Notes under the pieces: model-generated
Database searches by the model: none
The model's input: only the letters and a program-made list of their open reading frames with translations
What the model was told of the DNA's origin: nothing
Origin: Podarcis melisellensis
Lineage: Eukaryota
DNA length: 64,000 bases
Assembly: GCA_964234715.1 (NCBI GenBank)
Contig: OZ174289.1
Reading direction: 5' to 3' (one strand)
Made by a program: the position numbers and the translations under genes
Shown here: piece after piece, positions 25,283 to 38,936 of the stretch
Numbering within the stretch: the stretch's first letter is position 1
How the letters are laid out: each line of letters starts with the position of its first letter

Positions 25283-25485
25283 TATAAACTAATGATTCCA
25301 ATCACTTTGAAGGATATCTGTACCTTTTGTTCCGTAACTTTCATTCTCAAAGAGTTACATATAAACTATATAAACATATAAACATATACATATATATAAA
25401 CATATAAACTATATAAACTAATGATTCCAATCACTTTGAAGGATATCTGTACCTTTTGTTCCGTAACTTTCATTCTCAAAGAGTT
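25279..25485. repeat. Perfect ~78-bp direct duplication with AT-rich spacer
   Basis: ACTATATAAACTAATGATTCC...CTCAAAGAGTT occurs at 25279-25356 and 25408-25485. Confidence 0.9.
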
Positions 25486-26275
25486 CTTTTTTAAAAGAAA
25501 GCTGTAGGCTTGGGGGCTGCTGCTCACTGTGGGCTCTGTACATTCATACCCCCATTCTCACCCTGCTCAACACGCCCTTTCCTTGTCCTTACTGAACCAA
25601 AGCGATGGGTGTTTTACTCCCTTCCCCCACTCTCTCTCTTCAGCCCCTGCCTCCTTTTTGGAAAGAAAAAAAGAGGGGCTCCTGCCTCCTTCACAATTTG
25701 TGGTTCTTGCCTCCACCAACTATCGGTTCACACAAAGCATTCCCTTTTAGTTGTTCCTTTTTATGATAAAATGCACCACGTATTAATGTAGTGCAGCAGA
25801 TTATTCCACTCCAAGACAGAGGGAATTAAGGTAAAAGCCCATTACCCTAGTGGTCTAGAGGCCTGTAACTGTAGTTGTGAACAGAAAGAGATGGAACGAT
25901 TAAAATTTTTGCATCAGGACTTCCAATAAGGCAACACTGTCACCTTTTATTCATCTCACAATATCATGTCACATTCTTTTAAAAAGCTAGCTGCACATAC
26001 ATATGTGGGAGAAATATTGATTCAATGACCCTACCTAATCCATAGTCTCTGAAACAATATGCAGAGTGAAAAACAGAAACCCCTTGAAAGTCACCCTGTT
26101 CTGAATTCTGCATTGCAATTCTGCAGCCAAATAATGTAGTCAATAAGGCATATACTGGAGTTAAGTGTGCATTAAAAATACATATATTAGTGAACATAAC
26201 ACACAATAGCCATGCTGCCTGGGGCTGATGGGAATTGTAGCCCAAAACATATAGAGGACACTAGGTCAGGACCAT

Positions 26276-26600
26276 GGGACGTGGGTGGCGCTGTGGGTTA
26301 AACCACAGAGCCTAGGGCTTGCTGATCAGAAGGTCGGCGGTCGAATCCCCGCGACGGGGTGAGCTCCTGCCAACCTAGCAGTTCAAAAGCACGCCAGTGC
26401 AAGTAGATAAATAGGTACCGTTCCAGTGGGAAGGTAAATGGTGTTTCCGTGTGCTGCTCTGGTTCGCCAGAAGTGGCTTAGTCATGCTGGCCACATGACC
26501 CGGAAGCTGTACGCCGGCTCCCTCGTCCAATAAAGCTAGATGAGTGTCGCAACCCCAGAGTCGGCCACGACTGGACCTAATGGTCAGGGTACCCTTTACC
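26276..26600 (+). mobile_element. Sauria (Squam1-type) SINE
   Basis: Head GGGACGTGGGTGGCGCTGTGGGTTAAACC; TSD TCAGGACCAT (26266-26275, 26601-26610). Confidence 0.92.
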
Positions 26601-26610
26601 TCAGGACCAT

Positions 26611-26798
26611 AGGAAGCTACCTTGATGGTAAGAGCTGTTTGACAGTGGAACAGACTTCCTCAAGAGTTGGTGGATTCTTCTTCCTTGGAAGTTTTTAAGC
26701 AGAGGTTGGATGACCATCTGTCATGGGTGCTTTAGCTGAGATTCCTGCATTGCAGGGGGTCCCTTTCAGCTCTACACTTCTATGATTCTGTTATTCTA
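26611..26798 (+). mobile_element. CR1 LINE 3' end; reverse-strand CR1 tails also at ~7945-8005 and ~54348-54430
   Basis: CAGTGGAACAGACTTCCT..GAAGTTTTTAAGCAGAGGTTGGATG..CATCTGTC, ending in TTCTATGATTCTG octamer-like tail units. Confidence 0.8.
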
Positions 26799-26896
26799 CA
26801 ACAACAGCAGCAGCAGCAACAACAACAACAACAACCATATCTATTGTGAGATTAAATATTCTGCTGCATTTTCTGAGGAAACTGTTATGGCCCCTG

Positions 26897-27099
26897 TAAT
26901 TCATTCTGGAGGTCCGTTCTTAACCTGTAACTGTTCCTAACCTGAGGTACCACTTTAGCTAATGGGGCCTCCCACTGCCGCCATCGTGCAATTTCTGTTC
27001 TCATCCTGAAGCAAAGTTCTTAACCCGAGGTACTATTTCTGGGTTAGCGGAGCCTGTAACCTGAAGCGTCTGTAACCTGAAGTGTCCGTAACCTGACTG
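26897..27099 (+). mobile_element. Truncated copy of the Tigger-like MITE
   Basis: The interior is near-identical to 2169-2387 and 14316-14557; the termini are damaged. Confidence 0.85.
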
Positions 27100-27973
27100 T
27101 AATATAATCCTGTAATAGGAGAACACTTAAAAAACCCAGGTCAGCTCAGGGCTATATGTTTGGAGGATTCAGAATCCTTTGATGTGTGATTTAATTAGAG
27201 AAATTAAATGTGATTGCTTTGAGGGGGTTGAGGGACATTAGCTGCAGTGGGCCAGTGAGTCTCCTCTGGTTGCTAAGACACTGAGGGAACGAGAGCTGGC
27301 AGGTTGAGGAGATGAGGAGGGAGAGGAAATTAAGATTCCACAGAGAATGCACAAAACATGAGCAATGGCAAGGGGCTTATCCAGCTTCAACAACAACATC
27401 AACAAAACTCATTTTTTCTTTGTTATTTTTATTTTAGCCCAAGGTAACATTTTCAAGCTGGATTTATTTCTTCATGGGTTTATTCAGTTCCCCATCACAT
27501 CAATGAATGCAATACGAGTCAGACTGCAATCCACAGCCCACTTAAACCACCAACATCCCTGACCACTGGTCCTGCTAGCTAGGGATAATGGGTATTGTAG
27601 TCCAAAAGCAGCTGGAGACCCAAGTTTGGGAAATATCAATATAGAAAATACTGAGTTAGATGACAAGTTAAAAATGGTTTACTTACAAACCCTTCAAAGG
27701 TCAGATTCACGTGATTTTCCATACAGCAATTAGAAAACACAGGCAGGAAAATTTATGTTCCAGTGTGGTGAGTGCTTCTAAATTATTTGTTTAGAATCAC
27801 AAAGATGGCTTCTTTAAGACACACATTCTAAACTTGGAGCAACTAGCTCAGAACTCCTTACTGGTAGGATTGACATGGTGGGATGGAAGAGAACAAAGGC
27901 TTGCTAACCCTCCCTCCCAAGGTAAGGTGGAGTGACCTAGCTAAGCCTGGCAGGACAGCTTACTGTCTTAACC

Positions 27974-28437
27974 CAATGATTCTCAAACTTCTTTCTCTGG
28001 GCCACATGTTCAGAATAAAATTTTTGTTGCGCCACACCGAATGTTTTTATTGATTAGAAATACAACGGAAAACAAAAAGAATAAACTCCTGGCAGTGCTT
28101 GATTTTGAAAAGATCTCTATCCATCTTCCTGGGGGGGGGGGGTTCAGCCAGAACTCACCGGGACTCAGTTCCGGCACCTGTCAGGTGGGTGCCATTGCCA
28201 TTCTAAGAGAATGAGAGGTGTTCATGGTGAGTTCCAGCACCAGTTTTTCTAAAAAAAAAAAAGCAGCACTGCATTCTGCAATATATATATATAAATAAAT
28301 AAATGAATAAATAAATACTACTTTGATACCATACTATACTACACTGAAATGTTTAAATGTCCTTGAATCTTTCTGCTAAATTTGCCATCCACTCCTGCCA
28401 CACTACTGTGGTACAGCACACCCTTTCAGAACCACTG
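27974..28437. mobile_element. hAT MITE with a nested second element (~28092-28271)
   Basis: CAATGATTCTCAAAC ... TTCAGAACCACTG termini with TSD-like TCTTAACC/CCTTAAGC. An inner insert is bounded by CAGTGCT...AGCACTG. Confidence 0.55.
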
Positions 28438-29299
28438 CCTTAAGCCTTTCATGCATTAATTAGACTTAAGCATTTTGGTTATATGAGGATGATTATCCCA
28501 CAAGGGGGTGGGTGGAAGTTGTAATCCAGTAAGGTCTGGAGGGCCACTGGTTTGCTATCCACATTGTAGATAACTTCAATGAGTTGTGATAGCTAGATAC
28601 ATTTTTTTTAAAAAATCAGCATTGCTGGTGGCTATTGACCTAGGCACATCCCACATGTTTGTAGAAGCCTTTTTAAAGCAGCAGTGTGGCTCCTGAAGAT
28701 GAGATTTGCAAGTGGCTAAGAGGGAACACAGAAAGAAACTCCCAATGGATGCTATTTGCTTTGGGTGGGTGGTGTGGGAACTGATGATGCTTTGCAGACT
28801 AACAGCATCAGGATGTTTGCCATCCTGCTCATGCTCAGTAGATATATTTGTGAATACAGCAAACCGTGTACATGCAGAATGATGGGCTTGTCAGTGATCT
28901 CTCTCTCTCTCTCAAATAACATTTAAGAAAACAATTAATAAATATGAAGTCATTGAGACATACTTTCCATAAAGGTTAAAGGAGAATCATGAAATAGCTG
29001 ACTCACTTTAATTTTAAAGGGCAAATCAATACGGGATAAGAGAGAAATAAAATGAGTCACTATAAAATTCATTTAATAAACTGGGGGGAGGGCGGCTAGC
29101 AGAGTTTGGATCATATCAATAAGTCCAGCTGGCTTTCTGGCAGTGACGCCTTGTGCCTCGATTTTCTTATTTCTTTATTTGTACATCTGTTTCATCTGAT
29201 TTCAGTAGAACCCTTGCTTCATTCTGTAAACTGCTTTGGGATCTATGATTGAGCAGTTAGACAACACAAAAATGAAACTACCTATGTATATATATGGGT

Positions 29300-30103
29300 G
29301 TACAGGGGACGTGTAGCACCTCTGTTGTGGGACAGGTCATGCTCCTTGGGGGGTAGTTTATACACCTTTGGTCTCCACCCTGCTCTCAGCTCTCATCTGT
29401 GGCTCCTAGAAGCTGTCACCATGCGACTGTGGTCACACCCTGGGAATGGCTTCGACTGACCAGCTAAGACAGGTAAGGGTAGCAGATGAGTCTCAAGCCT
29501 TTGGTGAGGTTCTGGCGGCTTGAGTGAATGAAACCAATAATGGGTCCAATAGTTTCTGATTGTGCTATAGAGGGAAATGAGGGGCAGATGGGGCTCATCA
29601 ACCTGGGAAGTTAGCCCATCTAGGAGAAAGAAAACTCTGGTCCTAAACCTCTGTTGAGAAAGGCTTCAGAAGTAAATCCTGAGGAAAAATCTGTACTTGC
29701 TGTCTTGCAGGACATCTTCAGGAGAAGAAAAGGCTAAGCAGTAAACTCTACACAAATCCAGAGTGGAGTTGGATGGGTGACTTATACACCACTGTCTGGC
29801 AACTCTTCCAGCCAAGCTGTATTGTTCTGCTTTCCTTTGGACCAACCTCAGAAGTGAGATCAAGAGGGGAGTCTTGTTATCTGGGCAGCCCAGGACCTCC
29901 ATGCACACTACCCAGGCTCGCCCCCCCCCCCATGAAAGAGGTCACTTCAGTGCTGCTAATTCAGCAAACACAATGTGGGAGCCAGAGGTTATGGGTTACT
30001 GTTCTGTACAGACAAAGAAGGTGCTATGATTCTCCAGTGGCTTGACTTCACACCCAGGAGCACGCTCCATTATCTCTCAGGAGGTGTGGAGGCCAGCAAC
30101 AAC
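29300..30103 (+). mobile_element. Probable non-autonomous RTE-related retroelement
   Basis: Contains GCCCATCTAGGAGAAAGAAAACTCTG..TAAACCTC, resembling RTE 5'-UTR motifs as recalled, and ends in CAGCAACAAC. No coding remnant is recognised. Confidence 0.4.
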
Positions 30104-30439
30104 TGTGTCTGACAGTGAGGGCAGAACATAGCCATAGTTGCTAGCATCCACTGATAGCAGAGATACCTTGTTTGTTTATATTTCATAAAATTGTAAAAAA
30201 ACAAACAAAACCCCAACCCTCAAAGTGGTTTACAAAGAGAATGAAACAATAAAATTCTTAGTAACCGTCACAAGGAACTATTTAAACATTAAAGAAATCA
30301 GCACCAAACTACAAACAGATTAAAACACACACCAGCTTTTGACACATCTGGGTGGGCTTGCCTGAACAACGTTTTTAGCAGAACAGAGCAAAGTGAAAAA
30401 ATTCCAAAGTGTAGCTGTCATATTTCCCCAGACTCTGTG

Positions 30440-30780
30440 ATCATCACCTGAGGCCTTTCTTTGTGTGCCTCATCCACAAGAGGTCTAGAGAGTGGCAACA
30501 TGAGAGAATGGACTTTTATGCAGTGGTTTCCCACTTGTGAGATGCTCTCCCCAGGGAGGTTCATTTGTTGCCTTCAACCCATATATTTAGATGCCAGGCA
30601 AAAATATTCCTCTTCTCCCAGGCCTTCAGCTATTTAAACAATCCATGAACTTTTAAACTGGGGTGGGGGTACTGTTTTTGCCTAATACTATGTTATGTAT
30701 TTTTGTATTTTTATATTGTAAACCACCCTGTGATCCTGGGATGAAGGGTGGTATAGAAATTTAATAAATAATAACAACAA
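30440..30780 (+). mobile_element. L2-like LINE 3' end; reverse-strand relatives at ~30170-30420 and ~32170-32510
   Basis: ...TTTAGATGCCAGGCAAAAATATTCCTCTT... TTGTAAACCACCCTG...GAAGGGTGGTATAGAAAT(TAAA)n is a typical squamate L2 tail. Confidence 0.6.
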
Positions 30781-30949
30781 TAGATCAAGTTAGTAGAAAT
30801 GTGGAACAGGTATCCTGCAGCCCCTCTATCAATGCCAATTCTGTTGACTGAAGTGGCTGAGTGGGTGCATTATGCCAGGAAGGTGGCCTCATAAGCAAAC
30901 CTGTCCTAAGTTGTTAACGGCTTCTTATAGACGGACACCTTGAACTTAG

Positions 30950-31750
30950 CCCGGTTGCGAACCGGCGGCCAGCGCAGACCTACGAGCAGAAGCTGACAGG
31001 GTCAGCAATTGTGCAGCAGCATCCTGCACCAACAGCAGCTCGCTGCTCCCTACTCCTCCTCCGCCGTCCCAGCCACCCATTGAGCGCACTGCAGCAGCCC
31101 AGTCCTGAAGCAAGCAGCCCCCTTGCTAAACCTCCTAGGCAGCGCACGCCGGAATCGCGCACGGGCCAGCGGCAGCTTAGCGGGTGCCCGCGCCTGCGCA
31201 GACGGCGCGATAGCATCTTCTCGGCCAAGCCGAATCCGCCGCCACCTCTTTCTCAGGAGCGGGAGGGGCCCGGGCGCGGTTGCTAAGAGACGGCGCCCGA
31301 GCGGCCTTTCTGAGGAGCAGCCTCAGCAGTAGCCGCGAAGAAGCGGCGGCGGCGGCGGAGGCCAGGCCAGGCTGGGCCGGCTCCTCCACCTCCTGCTCCG
31401 TCCGGGGGCCGCTTCCCCGCCTCCTCGTCCGGGAAGGACGCCCCCGCCCCATCCCTCATGCTGTGGGCGCCTCGGGGCGGGAGCGGCCGCGGCGGGGCCC
31501 CCCAAGCAGAGACGCCGCCGCTGCGCCCAGGAAGAGACCGGTGAGGAGGGCGGAGGCTCTGTGCGGCAAAGCGGCCTCCGGGACAGGTGGGTACCCGGCG
31601 CCTGCCAGCCTCACCTTCGGGAGGAGTGGGGTGGGGAAAGGTCGTCACCTCCCCTCCTTCCCCCTCGCCCGCGGTAGACCCGGGAGGGGGGCGTCGAGGC
31701 TTCCTCGTGGCTTGGGAGAGCTTCCCGTTGCAGGGGCAGTGTACCTGCCT
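30950..31750. promoter_or_regulatory. CpG island, probable bidirectional promoter of ZC3H12B (+) and a distal ZC4H2 start (-)
   Basis: Very GC/CpG-rich. NRF1-type GCGCCTGCGCA at 31190-31200, RFX X-box-like GTTGCTAAGAGAC at 31279-31291, and GC box CCCCGCCCC at ~31442. Plus-strand donors follow 31540 (CCG|GTGAGG) and 31586 (CAG|GTGGGT). A minus-strand donor AAG|GTGAGG lies at 31615. Confidence 0.85.
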
Positions 31751-34700
31751 GCCTGCCCACATGCAGCACTTGGGGTTTCAAAAGAGCATTTCCCTTTTGA
31801 GGGGCTAGGGAGCTTGTCCGCGCTTATTTAGGGTTTTGTGTGCTTGTGCGTGTTGAGATCGTAATCGTTGCTCATTTATTTCTGTTCTGTTAGTCCGCAA
31901 CTTGGCAAAAAAGCACACCAAACCAAGCAAACCCCAAAAAGGAAGAAACAGAAGGGTAGGCGCCTGGGGGGGAAAAACGTTGGTAAGCCCCCACACCATT
32001 GAATCCAACGTGTTTTGACTATACAGTACATGATTTTAGCGTTAAGCACGATCCCTGGAATTTAAACCGCCCCCCCTCAAGTTGCAGGCTTACTGTTTTT
32101 TAAAATATATTTATGATGGTAAGGTCTCTTACCTTCTGCCATACACCCCCAACGCTCTTTAAATTTTGTTGTTCAGTATTTATTTATTTTAAAAAATTGT
32201 GCACCACTCAATTTTTTAACCCCCCCTCAAAGTGGTTTACAAAAACATGAAATTGTAAAATCAAGAAAGATTCAGAGCCCCACTTTAAAATATGCAAACG
32301 TTAAAATACCAAATTACCTCAACTTTCTAAGCATCAGGGAGGCTTGTCTAAACAAGAATATTTTTAACAGGCACCGAAAATAGTACAGTGAAGGCGGCTG
32401 CTTGATTTCAACAGGCAGGGAGTTCCAAAGTGTAGGTGCCACCACACTAAACAATCAAGTTCTTACAAATGCAGAGTAGGTATTATGTGGCACCTGTAAT
32501 AGTGCCAATTTTTATATATATTGATTTTATTTAATTAGCATATATTTTATTGCTAACCACCCTGTGAATTTTTACATGGAAATGTTGGGTTATATGTTTA
32601 AGTAAATTCTTAGGTGCAGAATAGAGGTCTGTCCTCAGCTTACAATCTGGAAATATGTATGGAAAGCTGGTTAGGGCATAAACGATTAAAGCAAATAACT
32701 CAGCAGGACCCTCTAGGGTTAGATATAGTATACTGCTGGGTGCTGCTGGGAATTTGAAATAACTTAAAAACAATAATTAGCAATTGTAAGGTATTATTTG
32801 TTGTATTTTATTTAAGGTGCTTTCACACCATTCTTCAGCCATAACCCCTGCTGCCATTTCTGCTTCCAAATGTCAGTCATAACAGTTCATGCTTTCATTC
32901 TGAACAGACACAGCACAAAAGGAAGCAGGATTGGGAGGGAAGAGGAAAAGGAAAAATCAGGCGCTGTTTCTTGTTTACAGAGTTATTGACATGACTAACT
33001 GACATGGGGAGATTTTAGGGAGGTGGGTGAATGTCATGTGTTTATGGGGCAGATTACTGGGTGGAAATTGCAGGGAAGCATATTTTTGCAGAACATTAGG
33101 AGAAACAAACTATGGTAAGAGTTGTTCAGCAATGGAATATATTATCTCAGGACTCTTTTTTTGCTGAAGCTAGATGCCAATCTATTAGGGATGCTGTGGT
33201 TGCATTCTGCATTGAGTAGAAGGTTGAACTACATCCGTATTCTTGAACCTTGGGTCTCCAGTTGTTGCTGCTCTGCATCATTCCCATCCATTTTTTGCTA
33301 GTGTTCAGGAATGATGGAAGGTGTAGTTCAACAACTAAGGCTGTTGTAGACTAAGATCTAAGGCTGAAGAACACTGGATTAGATTACTTTAGAGGGTGCT
33401 GGTCATGGACTATAACAATAAAGATTGGATTTGATTACTTCCAAGGTTCCTTCCAACTATGATAATTATGTGGGGATAAGTCTAAGTTCAGCTATTGGCT
33501 TTTGTAGCTATTTGGAATCTAGATTCATAGGTAATATTTTTCTAAACACTGGAGCAGTGGCGGAGCAGTGGACTGATCTAATCATGCCTTCAGTAGTCCC
33601 AAAAGCATCTGTCTAGCCTCTGGAAAATGGGGTGTGGTTTAGATAGGCTTTTGGCTTGATCCTTCAGCTGATGCAATGGTGAAAATGAATGATATCCACC
33701 TATTGCTGCATGCAAAATCTATAGAAAGAACAAGGAAGGTTATTTTATAGGAGTTGTTTCTCTGTATGCTACAGAACATAGAATCATTAGAAATCTTAAA
33801 GGGGTACCAAATTATTCAAGAAGCTCAAAGTAGACCATGAAGAATTCCAAAAGGATTATCTCAAGAACGGATGAATTGGCATCAAAATGGCATATAAGAT
33901 ACAACATAAGATTGTGCAAAGTGATTGACCTTGGGACACAACCCCCTGCCCTGAAATGTGTCCTTTCATTTATTCACTCTATCCCTAGAGAAGAGATCTT
34001 TGAGCTGTGGTTGGGCTCTTACTGTAAACAACAAATCTGTGTGGTCTGTTACTGAAAAAGGTGAGTTCTTTATTAGGAATTGTTAGGGAAGAAACTGAAA
34101 ACAAAATGGATAGTATCACAATGCCTTTATAAAACTTACATTTAAAATACTTTGTACAGGTCACCACATCTCAAAGTGGACAGCAAAGAACTGAAATTAT
34201 CAAATGATTCAGGTTTGAACAGGTTCATCAAAAAGAAAGACAAGCATTTGGAACTTAGTTTAGAAAGGAGACCATCATGGAGGTTTATAAAAAAAATTCT
34301 CACTCTCCCATAATACTAAATCCCACCAGGGGAGGGTTATGGCCTTTATTCCTTGCTTGTGTGCTTCCTAGAAGCACTTGCCTGGCCACTGTAGAAAATG
34401 GGCTGTTGGATTTGATGCATCTTTAGTGTCAACTAACAGGACTCTTCTGGGGGAATATAAACACTGCTGTGTGCAGTTACTCAAAAATTTTGCAGAACAA
34501 TATTTTTATAGGTTTCAGAACATGAGATACAACATTTAAAAAGAACCCCAGTGTTAATACTTTGTATTGTTCAAAGCTTTAACCTGATTACTTACTTCAG
34601 TCACATTTTAAAATATGCTTTTTTTTTTTTACTCTTTAGCAAGCTCATTAGAGTGCATTTGTGTGTGGAGTGAAGTAGTTTTGTAGACTGTTTATTATAA

Positions 34701-37700
34701 GCATGAATTATATTTTTTCACATATCTACTTAGCCCACATTGACATCCAAATGACAATTTGTGGTCAATATGAACACTTCAGAGAACTAGTACTCAGTAT
34801 AAACAGCGCCTGTTTTGTTTCTTCCCATTTTGCCTTTCTTCCCACAAGCCTTTGTTTACCTTTGTTGTTCTGTACCTTCTTAATCCCTTCTTGTGGCACA
34901 CTGTTAGCTGGAAGAATCAGCTTTGGAGTCTGTTGCCATTAGTTAGGTCAAATATAACCTGGTGATTTGGTAAATGAATTTTATCCATGTGCTTTTGCTG
35001 TATTTTTCACAGTAACTTTCGGCAAAAGTTCTGAAATTGCAGAACTTGAACTGAAATTCTTTCTAGAACTTTATCCAGAGAGCTATTAACTTAGTCAGAA
35101 TTGTTGTTTGGTTTGTAGTTGAATGGTACCTACAAAACTAGATCCAGTGTAGCAGTACAATCTTGGGCTTTGTGTTTGGCATCCCGCCTCTCTACATCAT
35201 TCTACCCAGAACTTTAAAGAAATTTTGACAAGCATGGAACTGGCAGTGATGGCACAATGCTAAGTGCCTTAATATAGGAATGCAGAATTTGTGCCCTCCA
35301 AATGTTATTGGTTTCCAACTTCCATTGGCTTGCATGTTTACCTTGAACTAAATTCTGCTAAATTCAGTTAGACTTACTTCCAAATAAGTGTGCATAGGAT
35401 TGCAGTTTTAGAAGAGGAAGGCTAAAAAGGATGCAATCCATATCTTTGCCTTCAGACAGAATCTTGCACATGTTAGACCACATGTTAATCCCTGACTGAT
35501 ATATTACCTTTTCCAGCAATTGTGGTGTGCCAGAAGAAGGGAAACAGGAAAACAATTGTGCTGTTTCACTTCTTCTTTTTAATAATGCCAGAACAATTTA
35601 GTTGAATAATCCATATAGTGAACCAAACCTCCAGTGTAGGGAAATCCAAGACTACATTATGAATTTTCTTCTTTGGCCTTTGAATGAGGAGGCTTATTTT
35701 ATTCCAAATGCTCTGAATCTGCAGTTGAAGCTACAGGCAGCCAATTTGAAAAGGTGTCGCACTGTAACTTGAGCAAAATTGAATGTTCCACTTAGCACTT
35801 CCAACACAAAGACTGTGTGTTTTGGCTGCCTTCTGTTGCCTGACTTTTGCCATGCCTCTCCCTGTCTCTTTTAAAGGTTTATCTTTTTCTTATTAAAAAA
35901 AAATAACGGACCTCTTTGATGTCTTCTAAGCAACCTGCTTCCTTTTCTGCTAGTAATGAAATTGTGCCTAGTACCTAAATGACATGTAGATAATATGCCT
36001 GACAATTCTGTAGGGCAATTGTATATTATTCTGTTCAGCCGTGTGTTTTATAGCAATATTATTGTGATCTTTGCACCCATAGTACTTCTGACTTGAAACA
36101 TTGGCCTGTTATGGCTAATAGCCCTGAATGGGGATGGGCATCCAGTCAGACCTAGTGATGTAGATCTCCATCCTTGCATATGCTCATCTCACCTATGTGT
36201 GTGGAAGCCTGGTTCCATGTGGAGGTCTACCTTAGTAGGTTTGAAAAACTGAATTTTTCAGAATAAATAATAATATTTTAGTATTTATACCCTACTCATC
36301 TGGGTAGGTTGCACCAGTCACTCTGGGTGACTTCCAACACATATAAAAGCATGATAAACATGGTGTGAATTTGCTAGTCACATTATGTTTTTAGGCTCCC
36401 GAAGCAATTGACTTAGTGGTGCTCTGGCATCAAAGGAATATATTTTACCAGCAAGTGATGGCGTGACAGCTTTTTCTAAATGCATCTGTGTGGGAGACTG
36501 CTCATATGGCAAGCCATTTTTGTGAAATGGCTTTCAGTAATTCTGATAACCTCAGCTATGTACTACGACCCTTATTTATTTGTATTGGGGTAGAATCGCA
36601 CAATGAGTTCTTTCACAGAATCTTGCCATGTGGAACTGCCTCCATACAGTTGCATCCTCCTGAATGGCAGCCCTGCCGGTATTTGGATATTATGGAGCAT
36701 TTTCTGTAACTCCGTTAACAGCAACTGACTCATTGTCATTCTTGCTGTAGTTCTATCAAGGTAGTGCTAAGGCACATATTTTTATTGTTCTACTGTGGAG
36801 GTGGCTGTGGGAGAATAAGAATCTGTAGCTGTTGCGAAAACTCATCCAAAGCCAAATGTACTTTAACAAACTACTTTAATCTGAGAGTCCTGCAGAAGAA
36901 GACGTGCCACTTAGACAAACTGAATGCCAATTCCTAAGAGCAGTCATAACCTGAGGTGCTTTCTTCTTTATTACAACTTGTATAGTTTGCTGTTGGGTGG
37001 AGGTGGTTGTCCATAAATGTTTTTCCTGCTTAACCTAAAAACTCTTAAGCAATTTATTTATAAGAGCACACAGTCTTCTACACCACAAAGTAAAACATGG
37101 AATTGAAACATTCTATGATACCTGTTTTGTTTGAATAGCTTGTGGTTGAGAAAAGAAAATCTACCCCTTCCCTTCCTCAAAAAAAAAGTCTGTGCAGAAA
37201 TATCCTTGAAATGCCCTTGGGCGTGTTGAGAGTAGCCTGTTGTAGCTATGGTTGATTCAGATTAAATCTTATCAAAAGCAGTAAAATTTTAAAAATGTGT
37301 CATAATATCTACATAATTACAAAAGCAAATAATAAATAGGATGCTTTCTAACAGAAGATTGACACCACATCCTCTGGATAGAATACAAGAGATGATGCAT
37401 TGAGCTCAGGGTCATACATTTGAAGTGATAGAATTTATATTTTTTTTGAGCAAACTCAAAATGTTTCACCTTTCTCCTCATCCTAGGGGTGAAAATTTGC
37501 GGTAGCATTGTAAAAGATCGGTTTCTTTTTGAAAGAGAAGCAACTCAAGACTTATTGTGCCTTTGTAATACTTTGTATACAAATGCAAAAGATGAACAGA
37601 TATTTTGTGAGGAATAGGATAAGCAGAAGCAAGTATTCTGCTTTGATTTGGATTCATATAATTCCAAAATTCAAAATCCAAACTTAACTCCCTGGCAAGA

Positions 37701-38936
37701 AGATTAAAACAAGTGCCACTTTTCAGCTCTCCCAGTTTATAGTTCCTCATGGCAAAACTAGCTCCGACCATGGCAAGAGTTTGTGGCACACGGTCCAGAT
37801 ATTTGTGCATTTAGAGGTCTGCATTTCCACTTACTATGGCAGGTGGTTTATCACCCTCTGGCAAGAGTGACAATTTGGGGTAGTTCCTAGCCTCACACTC
37901 TAGTTTCAGGTTGAACGCCAGCAAGGATCATCTCCACAGTTGTGCTTATTTTCAGAGAGCAAAATATAAAGGCAGTGTCCACCTCAAACTCAGACCTGGA
38001 AATGAAAACTTGGCTTTCTGTTTGGCACTGGCTGGCTGATAGAATATACTATTGATATAGTATATCACAATATTCTAGTTTAAGGTTTCTCCCCTTGTGT
38101 CTATGTAACATTTAGTGAGAGATGAAGTGGTTCAAAATATCATCTTCGACAAATATTTGAAAGCAAATCTAAATATGTGCTGTTACTGATATCTGCTGTT
38201 TGGTTTAGTTAGGTCTGTGTTTTTTAAACTTCCTTTCCTTTTTTTTTAAATTAGGAATGTTTGTAGCCGCCATGTAAGCCTGAAGTATAGAGACCCAAGA
38301 TATGATTCTGGCACTTTAAGAAATATAAGAGACCAGCTTTAACTGTAAGTTAAATTATTTTGTTTGAAAATGTACAATGTCTTAATGTCACTTGATTCTT
38401 AACTACAAACTTTTTATTTGTTAGTGGACACTCCAGCTGGACACTCCAGCTGTCATGTCTACTTGAAACTTAAGTTTATAGCCATGCAGACACAATCCTT
38501 GCTGCTTGAAATGGTGAGCTGGCTCACCTAGTGTGAAGTAAATTTGCTCATGGCAAGCTTGATGGCTCCAGTGCATCTCATGATATCTGTCTAGCAATCA
38601 TGACAGGATGTACTGTACTGGGAAAGTATTCTCTCTTTAATAAGGTACTAATGGCTATCTTGGGACAATCTCAACTATAGAGCCACAAGTAGGAATGCCG
38701 CTTGGGGCAAGATATTGACTGTACCATCTGTTCCTAGCATGTATGAACACTTTAATTGATATATTAAGAAATTCAACTTTTAAATTGATCTTCCTACTTG
38801 TCCCTCTCCAGTGGTCTAGATACTGAAGTTGTCCTCCCTTCTTTCCACTAGGAGGCAGGTTCTGCTTAAATTCCGCTCTCAGTACAGGCCTAGATGTCAT
38901 TGTGAGGGCTCCAAGGGGAGAGTGTTTCTATTCTAT

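Noticed and set aside
31177-31831. Long overlapping ORFs (183 aa +, 159 aa -) in the CpG island
   Set aside because: Low-complexity R/G/P/A translations are expected from stop-poor GC-rich DNA; no recognisable domain.
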